From Eledone cirrhosa (taxonomy: Eukaryota): a stretch of DNA of 64,000 bases. Under the pieces are notes generated by a model. It saw only the letters and a list, made by a program, of their open reading frames with translations. It had not been told where the DNA came from and searched no databases. Shown piece by piece: positions 27,737 to 46,686 of this stretch; position 1 is the first letter of the stretch, and every line of letters begins with the position of its first letter. The DNA is taken from the NCBI GenBank assembly GCA_964016885.1, contig OZ024749.1:13330001-13394000 (forward strand). The letters run 5' to 3'. Made by a program: the position numbers and the translations under genes.

Positions 27737-28737
27737 ATAAAATGAGTCCCTCATCAGTGATTTGCCGACGATCATAGATATTTCATTGCATTAAAAATCA
27801 TATACCTCACGTCGGTGCAATAATAACTAAAATAAGTTATTAGGACAATTAAAACGCGTAAAGCGAGTGAGACAGGAGAACAACAAAGAGTATAGCTAAC
27901 CGTAGGGGAATGAAACAAGCTTCATAATTATTCTGTTTAGCGTAAGCTAGGTGAATATATGAGAGCTTTAGAAAAAAGACCTTACACGAACGAGGGCCAT
28001 GTGAGAAGAGAGAGAAATATAGCTTTCGTCGTGTACGGGATGAAGTGAAGAGAGGAGAAACAGTGAGTGAGTGAAAGTGTGAGGAAGAGTTAACTGACAT
28101 GACAGAGGGGGCGAAAGAAAGTAGGAGAAACAGAGAGAATGGGGGAGCAGTAAGAGAGAGGAGGGACTCATTTTATGACATGTTATCCATGCGCTACCTG
28201 CAGTATTTTTCTCCATATTTTATTACATATATTTACCCAAACTGCGATTCTGTGTTTTTCTCTCTCTCTCTTACTGCTCCTCCATTCTCTCTGTTTCTCC
28301 TACTTTCTTTCGCCCCCTCTGTCATGTCAGTTAACTCTTCCTCACACTTTCACTCACTCACTGTCTCTCCTCTCTTCACTTCATCCCGTACACGACGAAA
28401 GCTATATTTTTCTCTCTTCTCACATGGCCCTCGTTCGTGTAAGGTCTTTTTTCTAAAACGCTCATATATTCACCTAGCTTATGCTAAACAGAATAATTAT
28501 GAAGCTTGTTTCATTCCCCTACGGTTAGCTATACTCTTTGTTGTTCTCCTGTCTCACTCGCTTTACGCGTGTTAATTGTCCTAATAACTTATTTTAGTTA
28601 TTATTGCACCGACGTGAGGTATATGATTTTTAATGCAATGAAATATCTATGATCGTCGGCAAATCACTGATGAGGGACTCATTTTATTACATGTTATCCA
28701 TGCGCTACCTGCAGTATTTTTCTCCATATTTTATTAC

Positions 28738-28744
<7 letters not shown>
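27737..28744. mobile_element. Inverted-plus-tandem pLTR-like element (~425-bp arms)
   Basis: 27737-28162 is the reverse complement of ~28260-28688; spacer 28161-28234 repeated at 28672-28744; CTGATGAGGG half-HHR; (TA)n flanks. Confidence 0.8.
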
Positions 28745-28827
<83 letters not shown>

Positions 28828-28849
28828 CATAATATGTATATATGTATGA

Positions 28850-28903
<54 letters not shown>

Positions 28904-29725
28904 TTGTGTGTGTAAATATATATAATGTGTTGTACATTACAAATTTTCTACTTTCGGTCATGCATATTTTTGTTGCTTTTTTCACTTTAACTCTAATTAA
29001 TTTCACATATTTAAAAATAAATGTCTTTATATATACTTATCTCCCTTGCAAGTTTTCTATTATAAAGATATTATTATTAGATTTCCTTTGCAATTTAATC
29101 GCATTTTAATTCGGTTTATTTATTTTAATTGTTGCTGAAAAACTATAAAAAACGGCTTATTTTTTTACTCACGCGAACAAAAATGTCTAACACACATTTA
29201 TCTTTATCGTAAGTACATTATATATATTCTATAGTCAATAGCGTTGCAAATCTTGCCTTCTTAATTCGTTTTTAATAATCTCAGTCTTACAACTTAATCG
29301 CTTATATATTGTATATACAATAATCTTTTTATGGCCGAGGCCCACGAAACTTTCTAAACATATTTTCATGGCATGATTCCTTCTAAAAGACTCCATATAT
29401 TTTATACGAGTTTATATTCTCTATGTTAGGCTTTCATATTTTAATATCTTTTTTAATATGGCTTTAGTTTACTATTTAATCCAGTGTTGGTTTTATTCAA
29501 TATTATTTTATGGAGCGCATGGCCTTTAAAACATATATATATATATTTATATGTGTGTATGTATGCATTATATATATATGTATTATATATATATATGTAT
29601 GTATTATATAAATATGTATTATATATATATATGTATGTATTATATATATATGTATTATATATATGTATGTATTATATATATATATGTATTATATATATAT
29701 ATGTCTGTATTATATATATATGTAT

Positions 29726-29776
<51 letters not shown>

Positions 29777-30436
29777 TATATATATATGTATTATATATAT
29801 ATATATGTATGTATTATATATATATATATGTATTATATATATATGTATTATATATATATATATATATATATGTATTATATATATATGTATTATATATATA
29901 TATGTATTATATATATATGTATTATATATATATATATATTATATATATATGTATTATATATATATATATACGTATTATATATATACGTATTATATATATA
30001 TGTATTATATATATATGTATTATATATATATAGGTATTATATATATACGTATTATATATATATGTATTATATATATATGTATTATATATATATAGGTATT
30101 ATATATATAGGTATTATATATATAGGTATTATATATATAGGTATTATATATATAGGTATTATATATATATGTATTATATATATATGTATTATATATATAT
30201 ATATATGTATTATATATATATATATGTATTATATATATATATGTATTATATATATATATATGTATTATATATATATATGTATTATATATATATATGTATT
30301 ATATATATATACATGTATTATATATATATATGTGTGTGTATTATATATATATATGTGTATTATATATATATATACGTTTTATATATATATATGTATTATA
30401 TATATACGTATTATATATATATATATATATATGTAT

Positions 30437-30471
<35 letters not shown>

Positions 30472-30769
30472 AGGCATTATTCTGCATGACTGTATTATCT
30501 ATAATATAGTTTTAGGAGGAGGGGTGTTCAATGACTGGAAGCAATTTAATTCTCCCCCAACACCGTCTTCCTCTGTCCTTATATGGAAGTCTTTTAAAAT
30601 ACGGTTCTTCGGCGAACCATATCTAACGGCTATTTCTTTTGATCTCCCTTTCAAAACTTATAATTTTAAAAGTATTTTTCTTTTTCATGAATATATGTGT
30701 TTGTACACGTTTACCCAAACATATACATATGTATATGTGTGTGTATATATATACATATATATATATATA

Positions 30770-30868
30770 AAGGGTGTCCCAAAAAATGTATGCACACTTC
30801 AACAGCATTTTAATAAATATTGCCTGTGCAGGTAATCAAAGTGTGTATATATTTTTTGGGACACCCTT
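30770..30868. mobile_element. Tc1/mariner-type MITE
   Basis: 30-bp TIRs AAGGGTGTCCCAAAAAAT..., TA on both sides. Confidence 0.75.
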
Positions 30869-30924
30869 TATACACACACACACACACACATATATGTATA
30901 TATAATGATATGTGCAACAGCTGT

Positions 30925-31525
30925 TATTATTGTTGTTGTTGTTGTTATTATTATTGCAGTTGTTATTGCTATTTAGTTGGTGTTTTTGTTAATGTTGTTG
31001 CTATAGTTACTGTTGTTGCTATTATTGTTGTTATTTGTACTGTTGTTGTTACTGTTGTTGCTATAGTTACTGTTGTTGCTATTGTTACTGTTGTTGCTAT
31101 TATTGTTGTTATTGCTACTGTTGTTGTTACTGTTACTGTTGTTGTTGCTACTGTTGTCGTTGCTACTGTTGTTGTTGTTGCTACTGTTGTTGTTATTGTT
31201 GTTGCTACTGTTGTTGTTGCTATTATTGTTGTTGTTGTTATTGTTACTGTTGTTGTTGTGTCTGTTGCTACTGTTGTTGTTGTTGTTGTGTCTGTTGCTA
31301 CTGTTGTTGTTGTTGTTGTTGTGTCTGTTGCTACTGTTGTTGTTGTTGTTGTTGTGTCTGTTGCTACTGTTGTTGTTGTGTCTGTTGTTACTGTTGTTGT
31401 TGTTGTGTCTTTGGCTACCTTTTGTTGTTGTGTCTGTTGTTACTGTTGTTGTTGTTGTTGTGTCTGTTGTTACTGTTGTTGTTGTTGTTGTGTCTGTTGC
31501 TACTGTTGTTGTTGTTACTGTTGAT
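30925..31525. repeat. (TTG)n degenerate array
   Basis: Direct inspection. Confidence 0.9.
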
Positions 31526-31972
31526 GTCAGAAATATTGTTGATCACTGTCAGCAATATCAACAGTGTCACACCACCACCCCCTCACCAGTCCCTACCCCC
31601 TCACCAGTCCCGCCCTCACCAGTCCCCCCCCCCACTACTGATATTGTTTCACCAGGAAACTCTGCGGTATTATAAAAAGACAGACAAGGGAGGGGAGGCG
31701 ATGGGGGTGAAAGATAAAGGAAAGCAATAACGAAGGATGTTAATACAGACGACTTGACTACAGAGAGAGGCTGGCAATAATGATGATGGTAATGATGATG
31801 GTGATGATGGTAATGATGACGTATCACTTCCCGTCATGCACTTTACAAAGACGCCGACCTTTTTTGTTTTATTCAAACAGGAGAGCGAAAACAAAATGGT
31901 AGCTGGTAATAATAACTGTCAAAGATGTCGGCGTTATTTCACTCTATCAACTTACACATTGTATTGTTGTCG

Positions 31973-32009
<37 letters not shown>

Positions 32010-33796
32010 ACTTGATGTTGTTGTTGTTGTTGTTGTTGTTGTACTTGATGTTCTTCTTGTTATGGTTCCTGATTTGAATGATGTGTTGTTATAGGTGATG
32101 GTGATGGTGAAGTACGTTGAAGGTACACGTGTCTGTGGAATGCTCAGCCACTTGCATGTTAATTTCATAAGCAGGCACTTCCCATGTTTGCCGGAGCCAA
32201 TAGAAATCTAACACACACACACACACACACACACACACTGATACACACACTGACACACACACACACTGACACACACACACACTGACACACACTGATACAC
32301 ACACACACACTGACACACACGGACACACACTGGCACACACACGGACACACACAGACACACACGGACACACACTGATACACACACACACACACACACACAC
32401 ACGGACACACACACACATACACACACACACACACGGACACGGACACAAACTGACACACACACACGGACACACACACACTGACACACACTGACACACAATG
32501 ACACACACACACACACTGACACACACACACACACACACACACACACTGACACACGGACACACACTGACACACACTGACACACACGGACACGGACACACAC
32601 TGACACACACACAGTACACACCAACAACCACATTTAGTTCAATGAAGAACTAGTTGCTTTAAAAACTACAATTTTTCAACACATTGATGTGTGTGTATAT
32701 GTGTGTGTATGTGTATATATGTGTGTATGTGTATATGTGTGTATGTGTATGTGTATATATATGTGTGTGTATACATTCACACAAATACACACATACATAC
32801 ATTTACACAAACACACACTACACATACATACACACCCAGCGTGGCAAATGGAACGCCAGTCGCTGTTTTGCTATACACACACATACATTCACACAAACAC
32901 AAACACACGTTGTGTGACGGATGGAATTCACACAAATTTATATATAGGCTAGTTTGTTACAAGTAAACATCGGGTGTAGGTGGCGCTAGTGTTCTAGGAG
33001 TTCAGTTCGTGGAAACATGAGTTTGATGAAAGTTTGTTGCGTACTAATTAACTGACTCTGACGATAATGAAATAACCATTTGATAGCAACTAACATCACA
33101 TATTTCACATATCCCACATTGAACAGTACACATTACACATCAAACAGTACACATTACACATCAAACAGTACACATTACACATCAAACAGTACACATTACA
33201 CATCAAACAGTACACATTACACATAGAACATCACACAATACACATAGATGTGGTGTCATCGTTGTTAGTGTTGTTGCTGTTGGTGGTGGTGGTGGTGGTG
33301 TTGTTGTTGATGGTGGTGGTGTTGTTGTTGTTGTTGTGGTGGTGGTGGTGGTGGTGTTGTTGTTGTTATGTTGTTGTTGTTGTGGTGGTGGTGGTGGTGG
33401 CGGTGTTATTGGTGGTGGTGGTGGCGGCGGTGGTGGTGGTGGTGTCATTGTTGTTACTGTTGTTGTTGGTGATGGAGGTAGTTGTGGTGGCGGTGGTGTC
33501 ATCGTTGTTACTGTTGGTGGTGGTGGTGGTAGTGGCGTCATCGTTGTTACTGTTGGTGGTGTTGGTCACCACCACCATCTCTACCCCACCACCACCACCA
33601 TAACTACACCCCCAATACCACCACTATCACTACCCCACCACCACCACTACCACCACTACCACCACCACCACTACCACCACTACCACCACCACCACTACCA
33701 CCACCACCACTACCACCACTACCACCACCACCACTACCACCATTACCACCACCACCACCACCACCACCACTACCACCACCACCACTACCACTACCG

Positions 33797-34040
33797 GTGC
33801 TTATCCCGGTTTCATGGCGTGAAGTGACTGAGAGTACAAGACTCCCCCCTGGACAAGACGCAAGTCCATCGCAGGGCTAAACCCCCAGCTATTGCTGGTA
33901 CTCATTTCTACAGCTGAGTAAACTGGAACAACGTGAAATAAAGTGTCTTGCTCAAGGAAACAACACATCACCCGGTCTGAGAATTGAACTCACAACCTTT
34001 CGATTGCAAGGCCAATGCTCTAACCACTAAGACATGCGCT
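33797..34040 (-). mobile_element. tRNA-derived SINE (same family as 16905-17125)
   Basis: Colinear similarity; GTCTTAGTGG and GAGTTCAATTC boxes. Confidence 0.7.
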
Positions 34041-34450
34041 TCACCCACCATCACTACACCACCACTATCACTACACTACCACCACCATCACTACCACTAC
34101 CACCATCACTACACCACCACCACCTTCACTACCACTACCACCACAACTATTACCACCACTAACACTACCACCACCACCATCACTACACCACCACCATCAC
34201 TACACCACCACCAATACCACAACCAACATCACTACTCCACCACCATCACTACCCCACCCACCACCACCACCACCATCACTACCCCACCCACCACCACCAC
34301 CACCACTACCACCATCACGACCACCATTTCTCATTAATTATATGACATTATTAATTAAAATCTATTTTTTAAAACCCATTCTGCATTGAACCATGACACC
34401 TGTTGTGTTTAATGAACCGTCACTTCTTTCCCTCTCTCTCTCTGTATTTA

Positions 34451-34487
<37 letters not shown>

Positions 34488-34502
34488 CTATCTCTGTCTT
34501 TA

Positions 34503-34533
<31 letters not shown>

Positions 34534-35263
34534 GTCTTTATCTCTCTCTCTCTGTCTTTCTCTCTTTCTCTCTCTCTCTCTCTATGCCTGTCTGTATATA
34601 TATATATATATATATATATCCTTCTCTCTATCTATCTCTCCCTCTCTCTCTCTATCTATCTCTCTATCTCTCTCTCTGTCTCCCCCACTCTACCTCTCCC
34701 TCTATCTATCTCTCCCTATCTCCCCCTCTGTCTCTCCCTCCATTAACTCATTAACCGTGGTTACACTCCATCACAATCAAAGACTGCTATGTGACATAAC
34801 TTCAAAACAATATTCCCTCATATTAACTTTTTTTAATTCTCTAAACAACCAATAAATGTAATTTACCGCCTACTCTACTGTGATGCACTTTATGACTTCA
34901 TGGCGTTGGAGCGCTGAGAGGACGTCTTGCGGTAACGTTTCTCTATGTTCTCAGTTCACACCCATCGAGTTAACTTTGCTTTTCATCTTTCCAAGATATA
35001 TAAAATATAAAGTATCAGTCGTGGAAGAGGCCCCCCCCCCCCCGCACCAGATGGCTGGATATCACCAGGGAATATCTTCAGAGGCTCGACATCACATTGG
35101 AGGATTCAGAGGCGCTGGCACGGGACCGCCAGTGATGGAGGGCACTGGTGGACCTGGTCAGCTAAACGTACGATGATGCTTCGGGATCGTTGTTACGGAT
35201 GGCCACGGTCTCGTGGAGCAAGAGCAAGAAGTTATGCATAGGGGTGGATTTAGATCGAATGTC

Positions 35264-35371
35264 CCCTAACCCTAACCCTAACCCTAACCCTAACCCTAAC
35301 CCTAACCCTAACCCTAACCCTAACCCTAACCCTAACCCTAACCCTAACCCTAACCCTAACCCTAACCCTAA
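35264..35371. repeat. Interstitial telomeric repeat (CCCTAA)~18
   Basis: Perfect hexamers. Confidence 0.95.
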
Positions 35372-35861
35372 ACAATTGCTAGCCATTTACTTAAATTGGA
35401 AGCCATTATATAAACACATTCAATTTTCTAATTTCCCTTTTATGATAAAAGTCTCGGTATTAGAAATGAGTTCGTCTCTATTCCACATGCCATCGCTATA
35501 AATGAAACTTAAGGGTCAGTCCACCTCACCTCGGGGTCCTCGTGGACAGAATAGAGAGGGAATTGCCGCCGGATGATGGTAGCGGAGACGCACTGGAACA
35601 TCATGGGTGTCACACTTGCGAGTAGACAACTCCGGTCCGATAGCAGTGAACAGGGATGTGGTCCTGTGTAGGTTGGGGTGGGGTCAAAAACGCCGGTAAT
35701 CTCTGCTGCCATGAGTTTGTCAAGAAGACAAACCACTTCATGGGACTTACTCTTGTGGGTAACCATCTGTGCTATGGTGTGGGGATGTAGTCCAAGGGGG
35801 CCAAGAACACCAGGAGGTCTCTGCTGTCACGGCCTCAACCACAAATATATCAGAGAGCTAC

Positions 35862-36660
35862 GGGGTGGTGTATTAGGCAGAATCGGTAGAGCGTCAGTAG
35901 AAACGACAGTATTTGTTCCACATTGTTGTTCATCTTCCCGGGTCTAGTTGATGAAATATAGTACCAGTCTTATACTGAGGTTGAGATCATTGACTACCAA
36001 ACCTCTCGCCTCCCAAATTGCTGGGCTTGTGCTTTAATTAGAAACCATTACTATTAGTAATTTCGGGTAGTAATCGGTAGAGCGTCGGACAGAATGCTTT
36101 GCGACGTATAGTTACGCCCTTTTACGTTCTGATTTCAAAACCTGCCGAGATTAAGTTAGCCTTTCATCTTTACAGGATCGATAAAATAAAGTAGTAATCC
36201 ACTGAGGTCGATTTAATCGACTTTTTCCGTCCTTTCAAATTGCTGGACTTGTGCCTAACTCAGACACCATTATTATTAATGAGCGGTGGATTGGCAGAAT
36301 TGGTAGAGCGTTGGACACCAGGCTTTGTGACATAGAGTTACGGCCCTTTACGTTCTGGGTTCAAATCCCGCCGTGGTTAGCTCTGCCTTTCATCCTTACA
36401 GGGTCACTCACTGGGGTTGATTTAATCGACTGATTCTCCCCTAAAATTGTTGGCCTTGTGCCAAAATCAGAAGCCATGGGATTGTCAGTATCGGTAGAGG
36501 GTCGGGACGCTATTCTTGGCAGCATAGAGTTACGCCCCTTTATAATCTGAGTTCAAATCCCGCCGAGGTTCACTTTGCCTTTCGTCCTTACGAGGCGAAT
36601 GAAATAAAGTACCAGTAATGCACTGGGGTAATTGCTGGCCTTGTGCCAAAAGTAGAAACA
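35862..36660 (+). mobile_element. Head-to-tail cluster of ~4 tRNA-derived SINE copies
   Basis: Repeated ggcagaatcggtagagcgtc ... aaattgctggccttgtgcc modules. Confidence 0.75.
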
Positions 36661-37339
36661 ATTATTATTAGTATTTTCATTTATTCAGCATTAGAGCGTC
36701 GGTCGCACAAAATCAAAACGACGCCACCACCACCACCACCACTACAACCACCGTCCCCACTATCTGTGATAACATCAACGGTTATAGAAACAACATCACC
36801 ACCACCACCACCAACAACCACCATCATTGCCACCACTTCCACCAACGTCTCCACTATCAGTAACAACAATATCAGCTGTTATAGTAACAACAACAACAAC
36901 AACAACAACAACCACTGCTATTATTGTCTCAACCATCAGGTAACAACATCAGCGGTAATATTAACAACACCAACAACACCAACAACAACAACAACACCAA
37001 CAACACCAACAACAGCAACAAGAACGACGACGACAACCAAAACAACTCGAGAAGGAATTCACAGAATCGGCTCATTCACGTGACAATCGATACATAAATA
37101 TTGTCAGTCAATGCATGCAGATCACAACAAATCACTTCACATCCGGTACGAGCTACAACAACAACAACAATAAAGTGCAAACAATAGGGCTTTGCACTCA
37201 GTCAACACGAAAAAAAGCTGATATTTGTCAGGAAACCAGCAGAACAATGCAGAAATCTCAAAACAGACGAGAAACACGTAGAAAGAAGTAAAGAAAAAAA
37301 ATGGAAGAAAGTGTAACAGTCGACATTTTGTACATACTT

Positions 37340-41565
<4,226 letters not shown>

Positions 41566-41713
41566 AACAAAGCATGCTCTTGCTATCAGCAGTCGAACAC
41601 AAGGAGCTGTCGTCTGCTTCTAAGGTAGGACGGCAATGCATCAATCATTTTAACTACTTCTCCGCCTTACAATATACTACAACGTCCTTCTTTCATGCTA
41701 CTGTAAACCTTTA

Positions 41714-41771
<58 letters not shown>

Positions 41772-41929
41772 GACAAACATATGCAAGCAAATATATACAC
41801 ACCTTCTTTATTCCGACACTCATATGAACAAAACTCTCATATATACAGGTATTAAAAAAATTGCAAACAATACATACACACACACATATATATATATGCA
41901 TGCATGTATGTATATATATATATGTGCTA

Positions 41930-41992
<63 letters not shown>

Positions 41993-42099
41993 CACACATA
42001 TGTGTATGTATATATATAAGTGTGTATATATTGGCTGAGGTCCACCTACCCAGCCTTTCCGCCTTCTTATTTTTCAATAATATCGGATATATATGTCTG

Positions 42100-42163
<64 letters not shown>

Positions 42164-42559
42164 ATATATTGGCTCTGTTCCACTTCCCCACTCGCCGTTT
42201 ATATTTTTCAATAATGTAGGATATTCAAACAAAACTGTTTACACTTATCCCATATCACAATGGCAGACCAGCTTGGCATAAATCAACAGATAACATGCAC
42301 TCCAGTCTAAGCTGTGTGTTGTTGCTGTTGTTGCTGTTGTAGTTCTTGTTACCAATATAAGAATCATCATCATCCTCTTTATTAATATTATCATTATTAT
42401 ATATATATTTGAACTTTACGGTCTGAGGTTCAAATCCCTTACAGGGTCGATAAAATTAAGCACCAGTAATGCACTGGGGTCGACTTAATCGACTTTCTCC
42501 TCCCCCTCCAAATTGCTGGCCTTGTGCCTATAGTAGAAATCATTATTTTTACTAGTGTA

Positions 42560-43320
42560 GTTGCTAGTCCCGTCCTTATTCCCCCAACTTCCCTCTGCTG
42601 TCAGCTTAAGTATTGAATCAAGGTATTTGAACTTCTCAACTTGTTCAAGCGTAGCACCATGGCACCGTATAGTCATTTCTTCCTTCGTTTCTAGTTGCTG
42701 CCATTACTTGTGTCTGGTTGATGTTCATCTCCAGACTATATTCTCTTGAAATTCAGTAAACTTTGCTCCACAGTGTTTCCTATGAGCACTATATCACCAA
42801 CATAGCACAAGTTGTTAAACTCCTTCTTACTAACCGTAACCCCAACCCAGGTGAGCATAGCTACTGACTCTCTCATCATCTCCTCAGAGCAAAGATTGAC
42901 TGGCTAAGGCAACACCAGTCTTCCTATCGAACTCCTCTGTTTACAGTAAACCATTCTGTGAGCTCTTTTTCCTCTCAGACTGCAGCTTGTTTCTCGTCAT
43001 ACATATTCTTTAATAATTTCACCATTGTGCCGTTCACTCCCATCCTCTTCAGTACGTTCCAAAGCGTTGAATGTAATACAAAGTTAAATGTCTTTATATA
43101 ATCTACAAATACTAAATACAAAGGAACATTGAACTCCCATGCTTTTTCCATGATAATTCTGATATCCAAAATCTGATCCCTGGTCCCCACCTTCCTTCTG
43201 AAACCCATTTTATCTTCCGAACATTGTTCTTCTATTCTCTGCGTTCTCACTAAAAAATCCACAAGAGTAGCTTGCTAGTGTGGCTAATAAGAGCGATCGT
43301 ACGGTGTTCTCTACATTTCG
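42560..43320 (-). pseudogene. Degenerate RTE (BovB-like) LINE RT fragment
   Basis: RTIALISHTSK...GFRRKVGTRDQILDIRIIMEKAWEFNVPLYLVFVDY.K.F; LEQVEKFKYL. Confidence 0.85.
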
Positions 43321-43493
43321 TTGTTCCAGCCAACTTTTGTTTCTGTCAGCCTTTCAATATTCATAGCAAGGCTTTATAGCAAGTGTTTATTTATTAAACA
43401 TAGCGTATATCTTTAGATATACAAGATTCCCTTACTTGTATGTTACAACTATGTCGGATCTAAGTTTTGAATTATATATATACGTACATATCA

Positions 43494-43546
<53 letters not shown>

Positions 43547-43631
43547 TATAGATATATAGATTTATATGTGTGTGTCTGGGTGTGTGTGTATATATATATA
43601 TGTGTGTACATATAGATATATAGATTTATAT

Positions 43632-44200
43632 GACGCAATGTTTAGACAAATCACAGAGGCAATAAACATAAAAGAATTACAACCAAAATTAAATAGAAAA
43701 TATGAGTGGAACAGCAACATCACAACTTACAATTAAGGACAAAATGAAAACACACACACACATAGAACAAACAACCAACCGGTAACATGTAAATAAACAA
43801 ATAAATAAACGAATATAAACACACACAGGCACCCGCATGTGGCGCATGCGCAGACTGAGCACACAACACACACACAGAAACAAAATGGCGTAGGAGAGAA
43901 CAAAGGAGAGGCACAAAAACAAAGAAAAGAATCCCCAGACACTGAAGAGGTCACAGAATGTGTGACGAAAGAACTTTGACGATATATAAACAACTATCTG
44001 GTTGTGGAACCAACCAACCAACCAGAAATTTATAAATTTATAAATTCCTAAATTTATAAATGTATTATAATAAATTGAAGTGAAAGCAACTGGCGCGTGT
44101 GTTTCTTATTGGCAACATGACCCTCCCAAAGTATAACAATATCGGTTTCAACACACGATTTCAGATAAAGAATCTTGCTAAACAAATTCAGAAACGAAAT
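43632..44200 (+). mobile_element. PLE 3' end: GIY-YIG C-terminus, pLTR with HHR (43940-43978) and ORF N-terminus
   Basis: DAMFRQITEAINIKELQPKLNRKYEWN* is homologous to DPADRQIREASEIEIRRPKLNRKNEWN; ends with [22 protein letters not shown]. Confidence 0.85.
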
Positions 44201-44224
44201 ATATATATATATATATATATATAT

Positions 44225-44418
44225 ACGTTATTCCGGTTTGAATCGGAGGTAACCACAGTAAGTAAGGTACGCAATACATAGCAGAGTATAAAAGTTTTAA
44301 TATAGAAGAGATTCTACAGGACTAGAACTGTTTCATTCTTTAGAAATCATCAGAGAGCTTCCTGTTGATTTCTAAAGAATGAAACAGTTCTAGTCCTGTA
44401 GAATCTCTTCTATATTAA

Positions 44419-44422
<4 letters not shown>
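44225..44422. mobile_element. Fold-back HHR element
   Basis: 44293-44349 is the reverse complement of 44366-44422; CTGATGA-TTTCTAAAGAAT-GAAA-CAG..CTG-TA. Confidence 0.7.
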
Positions 44423-44457
<35 letters not shown>

Positions 44458-44464
<7 letters not shown>

Positions 44465-45050
44465 GGATTTAAATGGATACAGTTCAGTTAAAAGGAATGT
44501 ATTGACACGTGTTTCAATAACAGTTACATAACCTGAAAACAGCTGTTATCTACAAAGTATTAATATGCAGACACTTCTATAGATTTAGAAAAATAACCAA
44601 CGCCAAATAATGTATTCTATAAAAATGTCAAAACAACAGATGGGAATCTAATTATTCACTGCTACCAAAAATTCTCACTGCTATCAAAAAAATATCTATC
44701 CACTCCCTTAACTATTCTTCTAAAAACTTCACCCCTCCCTCTTAATATTCTCTATAAAAACCAAACAGGTTCTCAATAAAATTATTCTGATCAAATGACA
44801 GTTGATAATAACATTGAAATATTGAGTGTCTGCATAATTAATACTTTGTAGATAGCAGCTGTTTTCAGGTTATGTAACTGTTATTGAAACACGTGTCAAT
44901 AAATTCCTTTTAACTGAACTGTATCCATTTAAATCCTTCTATTTTCTCCGGCTTACTTTTGAAACTACAACTGGAACCGTCGAGCAAACTCTACGTGAGC
45001 TGTCCATCTACTGTGTGTAATATTCATATTACAACACTACGGAAAATACT
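44458..45050 (+). mobile_element. HHR element with inverted 5' duplication; HHR 44782-44902 with ~90-nt stem II
   Basis: 44458-44575 is the reverse complement of 44825-44942; TTATT-CTGATCA-AATGACAGTT...AACTGTTATT-GAAA-CACGTG-TC-AATAA. Confidence 0.75.
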
Positions 45051-45155
45051 ATATATATATATATATATTTGTATATATAAATACCTATATATATATTTAT
45101 TTATATATATATACCTATATATATATATATATATATATTTATTTATATATATATA

Positions 45156-45196
<41 letters not shown>

Positions 45197-45231
45197 TACC
45201 TATATATATATATATATATATTATATGTATA

Positions 45232-45269
<38 letters not shown>

Positions 45270-45274
45270 GTATA

Positions 45275-45431
<157 letters not shown>

Positions 45432-45524
45432 ATATATATATATATATACCTATATATATATATATATATATACCTATATATATATATATATATATATATA
45501 CCTATATATATATATATATATATA

Positions 45525-45559
<35 letters not shown>

Positions 45560-45934
45560 ATATAGATATAGATATATATATACCTATATATATATATATA
45601 TATATACCTATATAGATATAGATATATATATACCTATATAGATATATATATATATATACCTATATAGATATAGATATATATATACCTATATATATATATA
45701 TATATATACCTATATAGATATAGATATATATATACCTATATATATATATATATATATACCTATATAGATATAGATATATATATACCTATATATATATATA
45801 TATATATACCTATATAGATATATATATATATATACCTATATAGATATAGATATATATATACCTATATATATATATATATATATACCTATATATATATATA
45901 TATATATACCTATATAGATATAGATATATATATA

Positions 45935-45971
<37 letters not shown>

Positions 45972-45990
45972 ATATAGATATAGATATATA

Positions 45991-46027
<37 letters not shown>

Positions 46028-46288
46028 ATATAGATATATATATATGTATACCTATATATATATATATGTATACCTATATATATATATATATATATACCTA
46101 TATAGATATATATATATACCTATATAGATATAGATATATATATATACCTATATAGATATAGATATATATATATACCTATATAGATATAGATATATATATA
46201 TACCTATATAGATATAGATATATATATATATACCTATATAGATATATATATATATACCTATATAGATATATAGATATATATATGTATA

Positions 46289-46347
<59 letters not shown>

Positions 46348-46348
46348 A

Positions 46349-46387
<39 letters not shown>

Positions 46388-46686
46388 TTATATCATAATC
46401 TATAAAGCTCAGTATGTGGCCATGCTCCTTCGTTATAGAAATCTACGATATAGAATTTCTTCAATTGAAATTTACAGTATTCGAAATAGCTTCGATTGCG
46501 TCTTGACGCAGATAATGTTTTAAATTTCACCCACAATTACGCAAAGAATAAATAACACTCAATATTTTACGATTTTTCTCTCTTATTTAAACTGCTGAAC
46601 TCTTTCTACTACCATTCAAAATCTATACAACTTCATACTTTCTGCTACTTTCTCTTTCCAAGCTTGATGGTGATACTGTCCGTTCA

